A DNA stretch of 63,327 nucleotides, the filler included, from Phoronis australis (taxonomy: Eukaryota > Animalia > Phoronida): NCBI GenBank assembly GCA_002633005.1. It is 9 parts of 9 records of this genome, joined end to end, with 100 filler letters (N's around TTAATTAATTAA, not from the genome) between each part and the next. Parts side by side here need not be neighbours in the genome. Positions count along the whole stretch, not along the records: positions 25,100 to 30,539 come from NMRA01002338.1; positions 30,640 to 39,571 come from NMRA01000274.1; 7 more parts are not named here. One strand, given 5' to 3'. The translations under genes and the position numbers were made by a program. Below the pieces are notes generated by a model that saw only the letters and a list, made by a program, of their open reading frames with translations, ran no database searches and had not been told where the DNA came from. Below, in pieces: positions 25,964 through 39,153 of this stretch (positions are counted from its first letter, which is position 1; each line of letters begins with the position of its first letter).

Positions 25964-26379
25964 GTATCAGTGGCACACCACATCAAACATATACTAGCTG
26001 AATATCCTATCCCAGTAGCTTAATTATCGCATTTTTTTCACGTATACTGTATTTCTAGTAAATGCTCATGACAATATAAAATTTCAAAGACTCGTATCCT
26101 AGCATTAAAATGGAACGATTTGGTAGGAGGTTCCAAAAACTCAAACAGAGGAAATGGTTTGATTACTGTCTNGTATCAGTGGCACACCACATCAAAAATA
26201 TACTACCTGAATATCCTATCCCAGTAGCTTAATTATCGCATTTTTTCACGTATACTGTATTTCTAGTAAATGCTCATGACAATATAAAATTTCAAAGACT
26301 CATATCCTAGCATTAAAATGTAACGATTTGGTAGGAGGTTCCAAAAACTCAAACAGAGGAAATGGTTTGATTACTGTCT
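25964..26379. repeat. ~208-bp tandem duplication joined at a single N (26172)
   Basis: gtatcagtggcacacc...gattactgtct occurs on both sides of the N with few differences. Confidence 0.9.
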
Positions 26380-27119
26380 ATTGCTTTGCAGGTGGTAACA
26401 CATGCAAAGTTGTACTACAGACATAGACAAAGCACCATAGTTGTATAAAGCATGTCATGAGTTGTTAATTTTGCATAGTGTCCAAAACAATCACATGCTT
26501 AAAAACCTGTCAAATCTGGAATGATATCCAACAACACATTGGCAAAGATAGTATCAACCTTTGAGAAACCATGGTTTTTCAAAAATGTAACAGTAAGTTT
26601 GTTTTCACTGTATGCTACCTACATTTTTAAATGCATTATTCGTTTGCTAAATTGGTCGGTGTGGGAGAAATTCAAAGTTATCTCTCAGTACTAAGCCCAG
26701 TAGATGTAATCTCAAAAGCTTGGCACAGTATTACGACTAGTTAGGTCCAGATTCAGGCAAAAATTTCAAAAAGGCAAAGCCATAAGGACCTGTCAACTCT
26801 AGCCGCATTCATACATGTAGGAGCATTACCCCTTAGAAACTTCCACAAGAGCATCTGAAAATTAGTCCACTTAATCAAATTACTGGTTCAAATTTTATCC
26901 ATTAATAACATGTTGCCTTTCATGCGAACACAATACAAGTGGTATAAGATTCAATTTCCAGTCGTTAGTAAAACTATATCATTCAATATCCTGGTTTTTC
27001 TGAAGTTGAGAACATCCTAGGACACGGAATTGCAATCAAAATCTAATTTATCATAATTTTCTGTGATTTCATTAAAACAAGAGTGGTAGTAAACACGGCA
27101 CCAACCTGAGATCTACAAT

Positions 27120-27220
27120 AGAATGTCCTAAAGTATCCAGCTCACTGTACGAGCGCAGCACACCGTCAGAATGTCTTAAAGTATCCAGTTCACTGTACGA
27201 GCGCAGCACACACCGTCAGA
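27120..27220. repeat. ~49-bp tandem duplication in the 3' UTR region of the C19orf44-like gene
   Basis: agaatgtc.taaagtatccag.tcactgtacgagcgcagcacac occurs twice. Confidence 0.85.
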
Positions 27221-27238
27221 CACATAAACACACACAGG

Positions 27239-27316
27239 TCATAAACCCATCTCTTCCTTAACTTGTTTCAACGCCTGCTTGAATGTCAAGCGTGGTTTCT
27301 GTTTCCACTTGATATA
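27239..27316 (-). CDS. C19orf44: C19orf44/DUF4614-like protein, terminal exon
   Basis: ttttttcag acceptor, phase 0; YIKWKQKPRLTFKQALKQVKEEMGL* resembles the family C-terminus YI...LTxEDALEEVxxE. Confidence 0.8.
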   Translation of the reverse strand, partial: YIKWKQKPRLTFKQALKQVKEEMGL

Positions 27317-28142
27317 CTGAAAAAAGACCAATGTAAGCAAACACTTTCTTCCCAACTTTCTGTCTGCAACAGAATGATGCAAACCACATTCTGGTATAAA
27401 AACTTTTGCCCTTCCACAGTAATGTCATCGTGCCCTCATCATCCTGAATTGAAACTGGTTCCATCAACTCATCCAGAACACCCCTGACAGTAAGACTGAT
27501 GAAACTAATCTGAAGCAATAACCAACAGGCAGTTCATTTCAAGCCTAGAAGACATTGACTGGTAAGGAACAAGATCAGTTGGATTTTTAACATGAAGCAC
27601 TCCGAATCAAAACTTAAATTTTTTGACAAAAGGAGCAGATATATTACCCTATTATAACACAAAATAAAAAAATATTAATATCAAACTCACCTTAAAAAAC
27701 GTAATGCTGCTACAGATAAATTTTTCTGCAAGCTTAAGTTACCAAGAGAATACCTTGGATAGGGTACATGTAACTGCTTACCTTGAGGGAAAGGGGCCAG
27801 TTCAAATGGGATTTTTCTAGTGACTGCAAAGTCTGACCCACAACACTGGCCCCAAGACACAACCCATTCCATTCCTTGCTTTTGTCAGATGTGCAACACA
27901 CTACTGCTTAAATGCATTTGATATTTCATGCTTTAAAACTGCTGCAAACCCACTTTTTGACACGAAACTAACTTTTACACATTAAACAATAATTGCAGGC
28001 GATCTGGTGTACGTTGTAATAGATGCAGACAGGCTGTTCAGGTGGACCTATTGCACCAATCACCTGGAGCCATTTTTACGTGTTATTAATATATAGTTAA
28101 AACCGAGCTTAGGAGGTAGACTTGATTCAAGGGTCTAGCAGT

Positions 28143-28217
28143 GTGCCACATGGGGAGTTGAACCCATGACCTTGGGTAAAGGAAGTCGACGCTTACCCCA
28201 GTAAGCCAGACTGTCTC
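28143..28217 (-). mobile_element. tRNA-derived SINE head
   Basis: Minus strand reads tggcttactgg...gggttcaactcccc (A and B boxes). Confidence 0.5.
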
Positions 28218-28371
28218 ATCAAACTAACTTTTGCTTTTGACCTACTTGACACGATGAATTGGTCTCAAATTACACCTTAGAAATACGGTTAAAAGGAGTT
28301 GACATTCCTGCAGGATCAGCGCAGAAATGAACCCAAAAATTTGCGCGACCAGTCTTTTTTTGAAAACTTAC

Positions 28372-28535
28372 CTGTTTTGTATCTTCTAGAGTAGTGTACA
28401 CATAATTTGGCTGAATGGACTCCAAGGCTGACTGGTAGGACCTCTGTTGGATATCCATGAAGTTCCTCGTTAGGTTGAGTTGTTGTCTCACCATGTCGTT
28501 GAGGGCAAGAATGGCAGGACTGTATGCAGTCATGG
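28372..28535 (-). CDS. C19orf44: C19orf44/DUF4614-like protein, penultimate exon
   Basis: ttcag acceptor and gtaagt donor; AMTAYSPAILALNDMVRQQLNLTRNF...YTTLEDTKQ resembles TAYSPAVLALHDMLKQQL...YHTLEETKE; phases fit both neighbouring exons. Confidence 0.87.
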
Positions 28536-28591
28536 CTGAAGCAATGTCAAGACAGTATACCAAGACCTTGCAGCAGTCTCAGTAGATGTAG

Positions 28592-28823
28592 CATGCACAC
28601 ACCCAGCCTAAAATGGGGGGTCGAATTTTTGAAACCTTTTACAAAAAATAATGTGAACCTTTGTTCAGAGCTATGAATTTTGCATTCACCGAATTTTGGT
28701 AGTTCCTGCCTTTTTGCTGGACTTTTGTCTCGTTTCCTACTTTTTTAGACTTTTCGTTTCTCTGACGAGGACCTTTTTGCCCATTTCGCCAACTTGAACA
28801 AGCCCCCCCTGGGTGCGCACATG
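28592..28823. mobile_element. CATG-ended MITE, same family
   Basis: catgcacacacccag...ctgggtgcgcacatg; flanks tgtag/tgcag. Confidence 0.8.
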
Positions 28824-29144
28824 TGCAGGCATTAGTATTTCCCATGCAACACAGATAATCCATTTAAAAAGAAACAACGAAGGAAAAAGGTTGATGTCTC
28901 TACCTTTACTAACCACTTCACAATATTATAACGATGTTGATTGCCATAAAATCTACAGGAAAAATTTTCCATTTCACAGAAAACAAACTATTGACAAATA
29001 TAGCTCTTCTCTCATTTTTGAAAGTCCTCCAAGGTCGTTGCAAAAGCCCACAATTTTGTCAAGAAAGATGGGACATGGCTATGACGATTGTAGACACGTT
29101 ACTGCAAATTCGTCACTGTTACTAACAAAATGCTGGAAATGAAG

Positions 29145-29390
29145 CATGCGCACACCCAGGGGGAGGGGGGTTCGGGGGGATCGAATGAGCCCCCATTTGA
29201 CAATCGACAAAAAGGCCCGCCTCAGAAAAGCAAAAAGTCCGCAGAAATGAGACAAAATCCAGTGAAATTTGGTGCAAACACACCATTCATGAGACTGAAT
29301 GTGGTACCTCGTTTTCTTTACTTTTTCAGCAAATGGTCCGCATACTGCATAATTTGAGCCTCCCCTTATTTTAGGCTGGGTGCGCGCATG
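29145..29390. mobile_element. CATG-ended MITE with 5-bp TSD (tgaag)
   Basis: catgcgcacacccag...ctgggtgcgcgcatg, with tgaag on both flanks. Confidence 0.85.
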
Positions 29391-29664
29391 TGAAGTTTTG
29401 AAACATTTTTCACATTCAGGCTTAGTGTGCATTCATTGGTCACGTAAATGAACAGTTCGCAAATTAAAATCAGCCATTTTGGCCAAAACCAGACTGATGT
29501 TTGATACAATGCCAACCAAAAGACCTGAATACAATACAACTTTGTCAATGAACGAGTCACATATGCAGTCCAATCCTCCAAAACGTAGATGACTTGAAAT
29601 CTCCTGGTCACTTTACTTATTAACACTGATGCGCCATCCCCGCAACTAACACTCGGGGTCATAC

Positions 29665-29864
29665 CTTCCAAAGCGTCAGCACTGGCCACATGTGAAGCTA
29701 TAGGGGAGGGGTCAACATAAGCTCCGCCCACTTGACCTCCCGCCACAGCGTGGCCAGTGAAGGCAGAGTTCCATGCGTATGTCAAACCAGCTGGATCTAT
29801 GGTCTGCACCTCAACTGACTTGGAAGGAACATCTCCCTTGTTGTTGGAGTCGTGCTTGGGAGGT
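29665..29864 (-). CDS. C19orf44: C19orf44/DUF4614-like protein, third-from-last exon
   Basis: ttttccag acceptor and gtatga donor; VQTIDPAGLTYAW...GGAYVDPSPIASHVASADALE resembles the conserved C19orf44 segment [21 protein letters not shown] as I recall it. Confidence 0.85.
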
Positions 29865-30194
29865 CTGGAAAATGTTTATTTGAATCCTTACTAAACCAGC
29901 CCAATGATTAGAAGTAGCATGTACCTGCACTCCAATGAAGCCTGCAGAGAACAAAACATGCACAAAACTTCTCATGTCTGAGCTGCTTCACTTACACAAT
30001 GCTTCATTTCAACAAAAACCATGGGAACACCATAACTTAGCTGACTTTTCAGTTTACTTATGGTAAAATCTCATCAACTTCGGACAAGTTTATTAACTAA
30101 ACCCGCTTTTTCTCACCTTTCAAGGTCTTCTTACACTACCGTGAGAGCTCAGATTTAAAATATTTGGGGATACATCATAGGAACGTTAATACTG

Positions 30195-30539
30195 TATTAT
30201 TTATTTATTTATTTATTATAGTGACATAAGGGTGCCACTAAATACAATCTCAAGGACAATATTCATCACACCCCCCAGCCTCAATGGGCTTACTCCGTCA
30301 CCTAATAATAATTAAACCATTACATAACATATTACACACGCTCAAATATGACCACTTCAGACTAGTTTATAAACAAATACTTACTTCTAAACTGCAAAGC
30401 ATCTTGAATGAATTTCGCTAGACCTTTCAAGTTACTTTGGAATATAAGAGGTAGGACAGAATTCCATACAAAAATGGTCAAATGTGAGTATATGTTTCAC
30501 AGCAAATCAATAATTCAACTTGAGGCTTTTAAGACCCAT
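30195..30539 (-). mobile_element. Possible LINE 3' end with (TAAA)n tail
   Basis: NLKGLAKFIQDALQFR-like terminal peptide, then UTR and (ttta)n on the plus strand near 30197-30218. Confidence 0.35.
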
Positions 30540-31139
30540 NNNNNNNNNNNNNNNNNNNNNNNNNNNNNNNNNNNNNNNNNNNNTTAATTAATTAANNNNN
30601 NNNNNNNNNNNNNNNNNNNNNNNNNNNNNNNNNNNNNNNCTTGAGGCTGCTGTTACGCGATCATCTGTTATTCAATGTTTTACTCCCCGTCGGGTGCTCC
30701 TTATGCTCTTGAATATTTGGTAGTTGTCTAACCCCCCACACACACCACACTTTTTCATATACGACTTTTCGTATGCTAAAAAGGTGTGTATAAGCAGATG
30801 TTCCAACAAAAATTTTTGCTGGTGGCGTGATTCATACCCAGATGTGCACAAATATGGTTTCACGAAACTTGTGAGCCACGTTCATGCGACGAAATCGAGA
30901 AGGGTTTTAAATTATCTTAAGAAAAACTCAAGAGACATGTTATTAGTGCCAGAAACTTACCAGGATGCATGGAAATTTCACTATTTGGCTACAAAAACAA
31001 AAAAATGGTCTTACACGGAGGGGGGAACCCCCCTCCCGACCTCCCCCCCCTCTCGGCGCCACGTGCCTCGGATTCGACCTTTGCGGGAATCCTAAACCCC
31101 CCCCCTTACTGAAAACGTAGATCCGCCCCTGTGTGTCAT

Positions 31140-31900
31140 TAGGCATGTTGAAGTTATATACTGCTTCAATTTGCTATTAGTTGCAGATGATCTGCTTGTA
31201 TTCTCTTAGACAGCAATTGAATTGTAACGGTTGATTAAAAAAATTGAAATGTATTGTAAAAATGGAAACACGTCAAAAACCAGAATTGTGTTATTTATAA
31301 AAGGAGGATACTTACGTAATTATGAAAAATGGTTCATTAACAAAGAACAAATCATTGTTGAGGCTAGTTACAAATATCTCGGTACTTGTTTTACTACTAA
31401 AGGTGTCTGAACAAAAAATCAGCCAAATTTTGTTAATAAGGCTGGAAAAGTATTGTTTTTGTTGAAAAAGTATATGTCACAACTCGAAAGTGTTCCTGTA
31501 AAGGTTTGTAATGAAGAGTTGTTTGTACACGAATTCCAATAAAGGTGTAAAGATATAGACAGCAATGGCTGGACGAAATACCATCTCTTATAAATTAGAT
31601 TCTTATAAATTGTTTATAAATAGACTCATTCTAGAAGAATATGCATGATGTCTAGACAAAGAACATTTAATCACAGCTCTTGCACGTTTTAGATGTTCAA
31701 ATCATAAACTAATAATCGAAACTGGCAGACACTTGGGCATAGCTAGAGGTCAGCGTTTCTACTCTGTTCTGACACTGTTGAGGATGAAAAACACGTTTTA
31801 TTATAATGCATAGTATATGAAGATCTTAGGAGAAAGTTTGGTATTTGTCGTGATATTAATAACCTCAACGGTGATCCCTTCATTAATTTGATGAAGTTTT
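31140..31900 (+). mobile_element. Decayed LINE RT 3' part, RTE-X-like, related to 16790-18090
   Basis: LLLVADDLLVFS, KGGYLRNYEKW, YKYLG and ALARFRCSNHKLIIETGR...VEDEKHVLL*C..Y. Confidence 0.8.
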
Positions 31901-34900
31901 TATTATGCATAGTTAATTTAATTGTCTGTATTATGTCAATTATGTCAGATGTTGATTTTTAAAGTTGCTGTACCCGAGTTTGACGAATAACACGGGTAAA
32001 CTTCAAATGAAACCATGCTTTGCGTGTTATACCTGAAATCGAACCATGGTCTTTGATCGAGGTACAAAAATACCCAAACCCGTGTGTCTTTACATTCTCT
32101 ACCAAGCGTACTATTACTCGATTGAAAACTATATTTATTTCGAGCGAACACACACTACCGCTTTCAGCTTACCACCGGCAACAACAGACGTGCACACACA
32201 AAGAGATAAAAATCGATCCAAATAAGCTTACTGTAGTAATGTCGTGGTGCAATGACGTACGGCGTTTGTTTGTTGTGGATGGAAAGGCCTCATTAGGTTT
32301 GAAGTCAAGTCCAATTTCGACAGTAATTTTTTCAAATTCAAAACAAGGAAATGTTTGAAAAGCAACCCTGTTCAATTGATGAATGGAGTTTTCAAATTTT
32401 CCTCCAAACTTTTGAAGGTGGTCAAAGGTTACAGAGAACTATCTATTTCGTTTCATAGAACTGGATGGGAAAGTCGTTTTTAATATCTGTTAACAGGCCA
32501 AAACCGGGTTTGGTATCCTCTGTACTAATTATGAGCTGCCGACTTCTGAGAAAACACGAACAACCTGTGGGAGTTGTAATAGGTGCGACAATAGATGTCT
32601 CTGCTAGTATACGCCTCGTCTTAATTTTAAATATGCAGCTGAATCGAACTGTATTCGTCGTATGGCTACTTTATAGTAGGTGAACTTGAATAATGATACC
32701 CTGGATATTACGGTTTGAACCACAGTCCTGCGTCTACGACTAAAAACGTATCTCCAATTATTCCATATTTCGGCACGTTTTTCTAACAATACTACAGACG
32801 GGCGGTCAAATTATTAAGCTTTGTTCCCGAAATTTTAACCTCAGCTACTGAATTTGGACAAAATATGATTAAGAGGAATTAGCATCGCACGCCTTGGCCA
32901 AAAAAAAAAACAAGTTGTGATTCAAGTCACTTCATTACTCATACATTCTTAGTGGTTTCCTTGGGGGCATGATTTTATAAATTTGAATTCTGATAGGTAG
33001 GCTGATTGAAAGCAATTCTCAAATCAGATTTGAACTCTTTATGTATGAGCGCATATGAATAATTCGCCGAGCAAAAGCAATCAAAGACTGCCTTTTCTTT
33101 GAATCAAGTAAGTTTCCGTTGAATTGCATGTAGTTCATTTCTCTTTAAATTCAAGAGAGGGGCCAGTCGTGATGGAGTGGAGGACTTTTTCTTGGCCCGT
33201 GAAACGCCATTTTTGCTGTTCGTGAATGTGAAAATGCCGTATATATCTAGTTAGAATTTGTGAACGGGAAAGACGGGGTCGGAAAGAGCGCAACTCCACC
33301 CCACCTCTGTCGACAATGGCGTTTTACCTGCAACCTACTCTCGACAATTGTTTTCTCTACATCCGCTCCCTCTTTCGTCGCTTTAGCAGACCCGTAGGAA
33401 GGCAAACATTATTAGGGAGAGACGAGGGGCACAAACTAATTCGATTTCGCCAATATGTTGCCCCCGTAGTCCCAAAGTCAGATACCTCCCTATCGCAACC
33501 ATTTCACCCCCTCTCCAGTTTCTAGCCAATTTCGCACCCTCCTCACCGCAGGTGTGCAGTCTTTGCTGTTTGCACACCCAATGTAGTCAGCAACCAGAAA
33601 CTTGGATTGACTAATACATCAGTAATATTTCGCGAGACATGTTATTCCAGCTCACGTTACACCGTCAGTGAAAATATAATTTCGACCTTTAATAAGGATT
33701 ATCTTTTATGAATTTCACTTACTTAGGTTGCCAAGAAGATGCAGTGTCAAAATCATTATAAGGGGCAAGAAAGTAAAGTGAGGGGCCCTTAGTGGCCAGG
33801 GAAATCCGGAAAAATACGTGAAGAGGCAACATCGCCTTGGACTGAGTAGATAGAACAACGTTGGTCGTAGTTTTCTCTTATCGTCGAAAATGAGACCTTA
33901 TGCCAAAATTCAGTTTATCAGGCTCCAGTTTGATGAAAAGGACACTTTATTAGGGTTATGGATTATAGTGGTACACTTTGAAAGAATGCGATTCCAGAGT
34001 CTCTGGTACTCTTTCGACTCTTTCAAAATCCCTTCAAAGAATTTGAGTACCCGGATTTTCTAGCGATTGTCCCCCGGAGACAGGCAAAAACTATTGAACT
34101 CCCCCAATTTTATTATCTTAGTCAAATGTTCACCGAAACATCAATTTCTTAGAGGACTATTACATATTTGCAAAACTAAGCTAATGAACTTTGTTGTCGG
34201 GGAAGGATGATAGAGAATTTCAGCCTGCTTCACTTCACTGGAGTATCATCAATTTCTTCCTAGATAATAGTCAAATACTCGGCTATGAATAAATCGATGT
34301 TTGTAGATGCATAAACATGTGAATCCCAACCCTTGCAGGCTACCAGAAGGAAATAACCTTGACCTGTTGAGCCATCACGTGACAACACAATATAAAAACA
34401 AAGACATCTACAGCACGTGGTTTGAGTTAACTTCCTATTCAGTGTTAAGTTGCAAAGGTTTTTTTCCATCACACTTATTGTGAATAATGCTTATCCGATA
34501 ACGATTTCCAAAACGTATTACTCAAGCGTTATAAATCCATCATAAATATTGCGAGTTCATAACTCACAAACCGCGGTCTTTCAGTCCTCTCAGTCTCTTT
34601 CGAATCCGGTTAAAGCTGTTTTTTTTACGGTCTCACGTTTTTGGTTATTTGGGCCGCATGTCTTGATGCTGCTGTGCTTCGCATGAGTATATTATGTGGT
34701 TTTCATTACCAGTTTTGAATTTGTTCTAATTACATAGTGAGAGAGCAAGAAAGAGAAGCATCCGATTCCACCATGGGGCCTTCTCCGTTAGTGGATACTT
34801 GAGTAAAAAAAGGATTTAAATAGGAAAAACAAGAACATGGTTGCCATTAATACCATGAGCGGCACACCTCCAAGAGCTATGTGACTTAAACCAAATGATA

Positions 34901-37369
34901 CACATTCTCAAAACATTGGAAAAGAGATCAGTAGATGACTCCATTATCCCGGACATGCTAGAGACAAGTTCGTGGTGAAATGCAGCTTAGCATTCTTTAA
35001 AAATTGTCTTTTCAATTTGAAAATCAGAATCAACTTCCTCTTATATATCTATGCATAAGAAGTTTTCTTTTGAGTTTTCCAAAGTATGTATGAATAAATA
35101 CAGGTTTTCAAGTGCTACTGTTTTCTCGGTCTCCTTTACATATTTCCATGTTTTTTGTTCTCTACACTGCCAGTAGACCGGTCGCCACGAAGTTTCTCAC
35201 ATCTGCAAATGATTCATGGGGCACGTGGCGCCTCGCTTCCAATGTTGCTATTAAATGGAGGTGACGTTGGTGGTTGTGACTGGAGAATCGATGACATAAA
35301 CTGTGACCTGACCAACTCCCTCCCCTCTTTCCCGCTAAGGCCGTGCAGCTTCTTTGATGGGACCCGCAATTCGTTTTGCAATCGGCAACGGTTCAGGCAC
35401 ACAGGGAATCCGGAAATGTGCCCCGCCCAATACCTAGAAACAAAATAATTATCGACCCTCAACAACCCCCAAAAGTTTAGAGGAATATTTGAAAACTCCT
35501 TTCGAAGTCTGATAAATGGGCGTGGCCTACGCTTTTAGCGAATTACAAGGCAACTAAGGAGAAAGACCACCCACCAAGAATCATAATACCAAACCTATGA
35601 CATACGGAGTATAAGTTTTTAGTAGATTCCTGCCTTAATCTTTCAAGATTGGTGCCACTGATGCACTAGCAGCCTAGCAAGTGACACAACGAGGATTGGC
35701 TGAAATCCTCAAAACAGGGTTTAGTCTCCCTTCAAGACAGAAATTCGGTCTCAAACTCTACACAACTATTTCAGAAAAAATAAACCTCACTTGAGCTAAA
35801 TAGCAAAGACTCTGAGAGTATGTACACAACTGCTAGTTACTGAGATAAGTTCTATGAATTATTTCTAGTGTCATAATCAAATAAAGACCAAATTTCTGTC
35901 TCATGTCTATAAGTCTGTTTCTTGAAGCAGACCCCAGACTAGGGTTCATAGCTGCTTTAAACATTATTCCATAATAACAACACCAGCATGAAGCAGGACA
36001 TATTTTATTAGCAACTAAATTCAGTACAATTCTCAAGCCTTAATATCAACGTTCACACATACACGCTACTAAGTGACATGCAGGTCCCAAAGGGTATTTT
36101 GTACACATTAACCGGGTCTTTTCATCCTTTTTTGTCCTTTCGGCACCGGTATACTCCGCGCTGACAAACTCACTTAACTGTTGATTCCATAGGTAATAAT
36201 TACTACTATGAAATTTGTAAACTTTCATCATTACAAACTGACATTTTCCCTAACCTTTATATTTTAATCTTCTCAAGGTCATCCTTATGCTCTTGTTTAT
36301 TTTTTCACGGTATACATCAGGTATGACTACAGCAAAAAATGGCAGTGGTTGCTTAGCCTGAATAACTTGTATGTAGAACATGAAATGGCGTCGCTTATAG
36401 TACCTCTAAAAGTTATGCATCTAAATATAAATAAATCTAAGTTCACTTCAGTGACTAGTTCATCTATAAGAAGTGGTCGCTTAGCACAAAAACAAAATCT
36501 GACCAATCAGCACTTTTCTTATTGCGTTAAAAACTGTTGACATCAAAGCGTAAATCAAAGAAAAAATTCACACCATAGAAGGTATTAAGTCATTTCACTT
36601 GGGTAACTGGAGTAATGATATAACTCTTGCAGAAAGCAAATTATAGAAAATTCAATATGCAGATATGTTCCAATGTTAAATTATGCTCAATTGTCATTGT
36701 TGTTGTGAGAATTATACCGCTTCATTTACCACTACACATCAGTGTAAAAACTTACGCGACAATATAACTAGGAACAAAAACCACTTCCCCTCAAACTTCA
36801 GCAGAATACACGAAGCAAGGTCTTTACACATAATATACAATGACGCTTGTTCAAAAATATTTACATGACTGGCTAACCGTTTTATAAAAACAATTAATGA
36901 TCCGAAATCCAAACATGCAAGGTTACGCTAAGGGGTGTTCGAAAGCTTACATCACTCACAAAACACAAATGGATAAATACGGCTTAAAAGTAAAAAAGCA
37001 GAGTATTTGCAACAACCAAAAACACTGCAATGCCTAGCAGCTGTAAGAAATTCAAACAGACAACGTTTCCAGTTTTACACTAAATCATTAATTAAAGGGA
37101 CAACTTTGCATACATTCAACTGATTGAAGTTATTGTAACAACACACTGAGATAAAAAGCCAGCATATAAAGTTAAAAACATCCCGCTTGATAAAACACTA
37201 GGTTTAAAATGTACAGTCTTTTGGGCTACACCAATCCACAACCATTGGACAAGCCTTTAGTTCATCCAATCACAGCTGGTGTTGTATGTTTGAACTTTGA
37301 ACTGCTGGTGAGCTCTATGGATCACAACAATTCCAGAGCAGAGGCAGTGTTACTCAAAGTTGAAGAAGA

Positions 37370-37398
37370 TTACTGTTCTCCGACTCTGTCTTGCCGAA
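37370..37398 (-). CDS. TMOD: Tropomodulin, probable terminal exon (IRQDRVGEQ*)
   Basis: tattcttttcag acceptor; phase 1 matches the upstream exon, giving RNIDA|IRQDR, like the tropomodulin tail; followed by AT-rich UTR-like sequence. Confidence 0.65.
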
Positions 37399-37886
37399 CT
37401 GAAAAGAATATCGAATGATAATCTGATAAGGAAACACTGCATTAAATCCAAAAGCTTACCAGGTCTTGAAGACCTAAGTATATAAAGATCAACCAGTCAC
37501 AAAATTCAGCCCAAGACTTCAAGTAAAAAAAATACCAGTATCCTTTTAACAAAGTAACAAATTAAAACTTATTACAATGCTTAGACACTTCAAAGTGCTC
37601 AACAGTCCATGAAAAGATTTGTTCCCTTGCATGGGTGCATCAATTAAGTAGGTCAATGACCATAAGTTTCATTTTTTGGTTATGGTCCCATATTTTTAAT
37701 TAATTAATACCATCAAATTTGCCTCATTTTTCCAGTATACAACGAGTTTAAACTTGGGGTAGTACACTGGTACCTCAATGCAACGTACATCAAGAGACCT
37801 TTGAAATCTGTATGTTGCAATGTTAGTTCGCTTCAACCAGGGTAGACTTAAATACATTAGGCGCAAACACTAATTGCTCGGACATC

Positions 37887-37965
37887 GGGTCCTCAATGCT
37901 CAGTGGAAACAGCACTAGACCGGCAACCTAGTGAACTGTGGTTCAATTCCCAGTAGGAGTTCCTG
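37887..37965 (+). mobile_element. tRNA-derived SINE head or tRNA pseudogene
   Basis: A-box-like tgctcagtgg (37897) and B-box-like ggttcaattcc (37940) at tRNA-like spacing. Confidence 0.55.
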
Positions 37966-39005
37966 ATTATTCTGTTTTATTTCACTATTGGCCAACATCA
38001 TTGTCTATTTATTTACTACATCTAACGTTGAAATGAGGTTCTACTGAATAGTGATTTCTGGACAGTGCTCACAGATCCTCACAAATTGAAATGGACCCCG
38101 AAAACTTTGGAAGGTGGGTGGGCATGGCTGTTTCCTGTTACCAACCGATCATGTTTTTTTTCAGCCAAGACAGACGGCATGATCAGAACCCTGCTGATCA
38201 GCAACTTCTTTATAATGATACCACTTACACCAGAATTCAAATCAAAAGCTGACAGTCTACACCATGAACAAAATCTAGTAAGCCTCATTGAGCGATCAGT
38301 AAGTTTACTCTTGAGTTGATACCTAAAAAACTTTTGAAAGCATCAAAAAGAATTATTAATCTTCTCACATGCCACATGTTGGCGCCAGTTGGGACAGCAA
38401 TCTTTTCAGACTTAACTACACATCACGTGAAGTGACCAACATGTATTTTGTAGGAAGACTAACAATTCCTACTTAAACTGTAAAAAGGGCTTATTTGTAA
38501 CAGCATGATTGTATTTTGTAAGTATTGTTTTCACAAATGTGTGCATTGCAAATTGTTTTATTTTTATGAGTGCATAAATTATTACGAATCTTTCACAATA
38601 ATAAATCCAGTTTCATGAGAGTACAAACCGGGGAAGAGGTTCAAGTCTTGCTGCTAGTTTTTAATGCCAAACACACGGCGATGCGAAAAAAACAAAATTC
38701 AACCTCAAATTTATTGCTTTTTCACACTGTTACAAATATGATCAAACAGCCAACAATAGTAACATCGCTATGACGGCAACATTCAATCACTTTTGTAATG
38801 GTGGTAGTATACTTAGAGTTTACGCAACTAAATCCACATCTACACTCTTGGACGGAGGGTGCATTCGTGAAAGTGATGATAATTGTAAATGGTCCTTAAG
38901 AATCTTAAGTGATGTCTAGGGCCTGTTAGAGAAGTTTGGAGATTAGAATACATGAATTAAAAGAATTTTTAGATAATTTTTCTAAATATGCAATCGTTTA
39001 CTCAC

Positions 39006-39153
39006 TGGCATCAATGTTGCGCTTTATGTGTCGGGTAGTCATGACTCGTGCGTTGTTCGTCTCAAAATGGATGCCTATCTTTATCAGGGTCTTGTTCTCT
39101 GCCAATAGACTAGCTACAGCCATCTCTGTCTTGACACCTAGAGTGGCGGGTTT
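39006..39153 (-). CDS. TMOD: Tropomodulin, C-terminal LRR-cap exon
   Basis: cttgcag acceptor and gtgagt donor; KPATLGVKTEMAVASLLAENKTLIKIGIHFETNNARVMTTRHIKRNIDA resembles invertebrate tropomodulin LGNKIEMEI..L.EKN..LL..G.H.E...AR......L.RNID. Confidence 0.85.
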
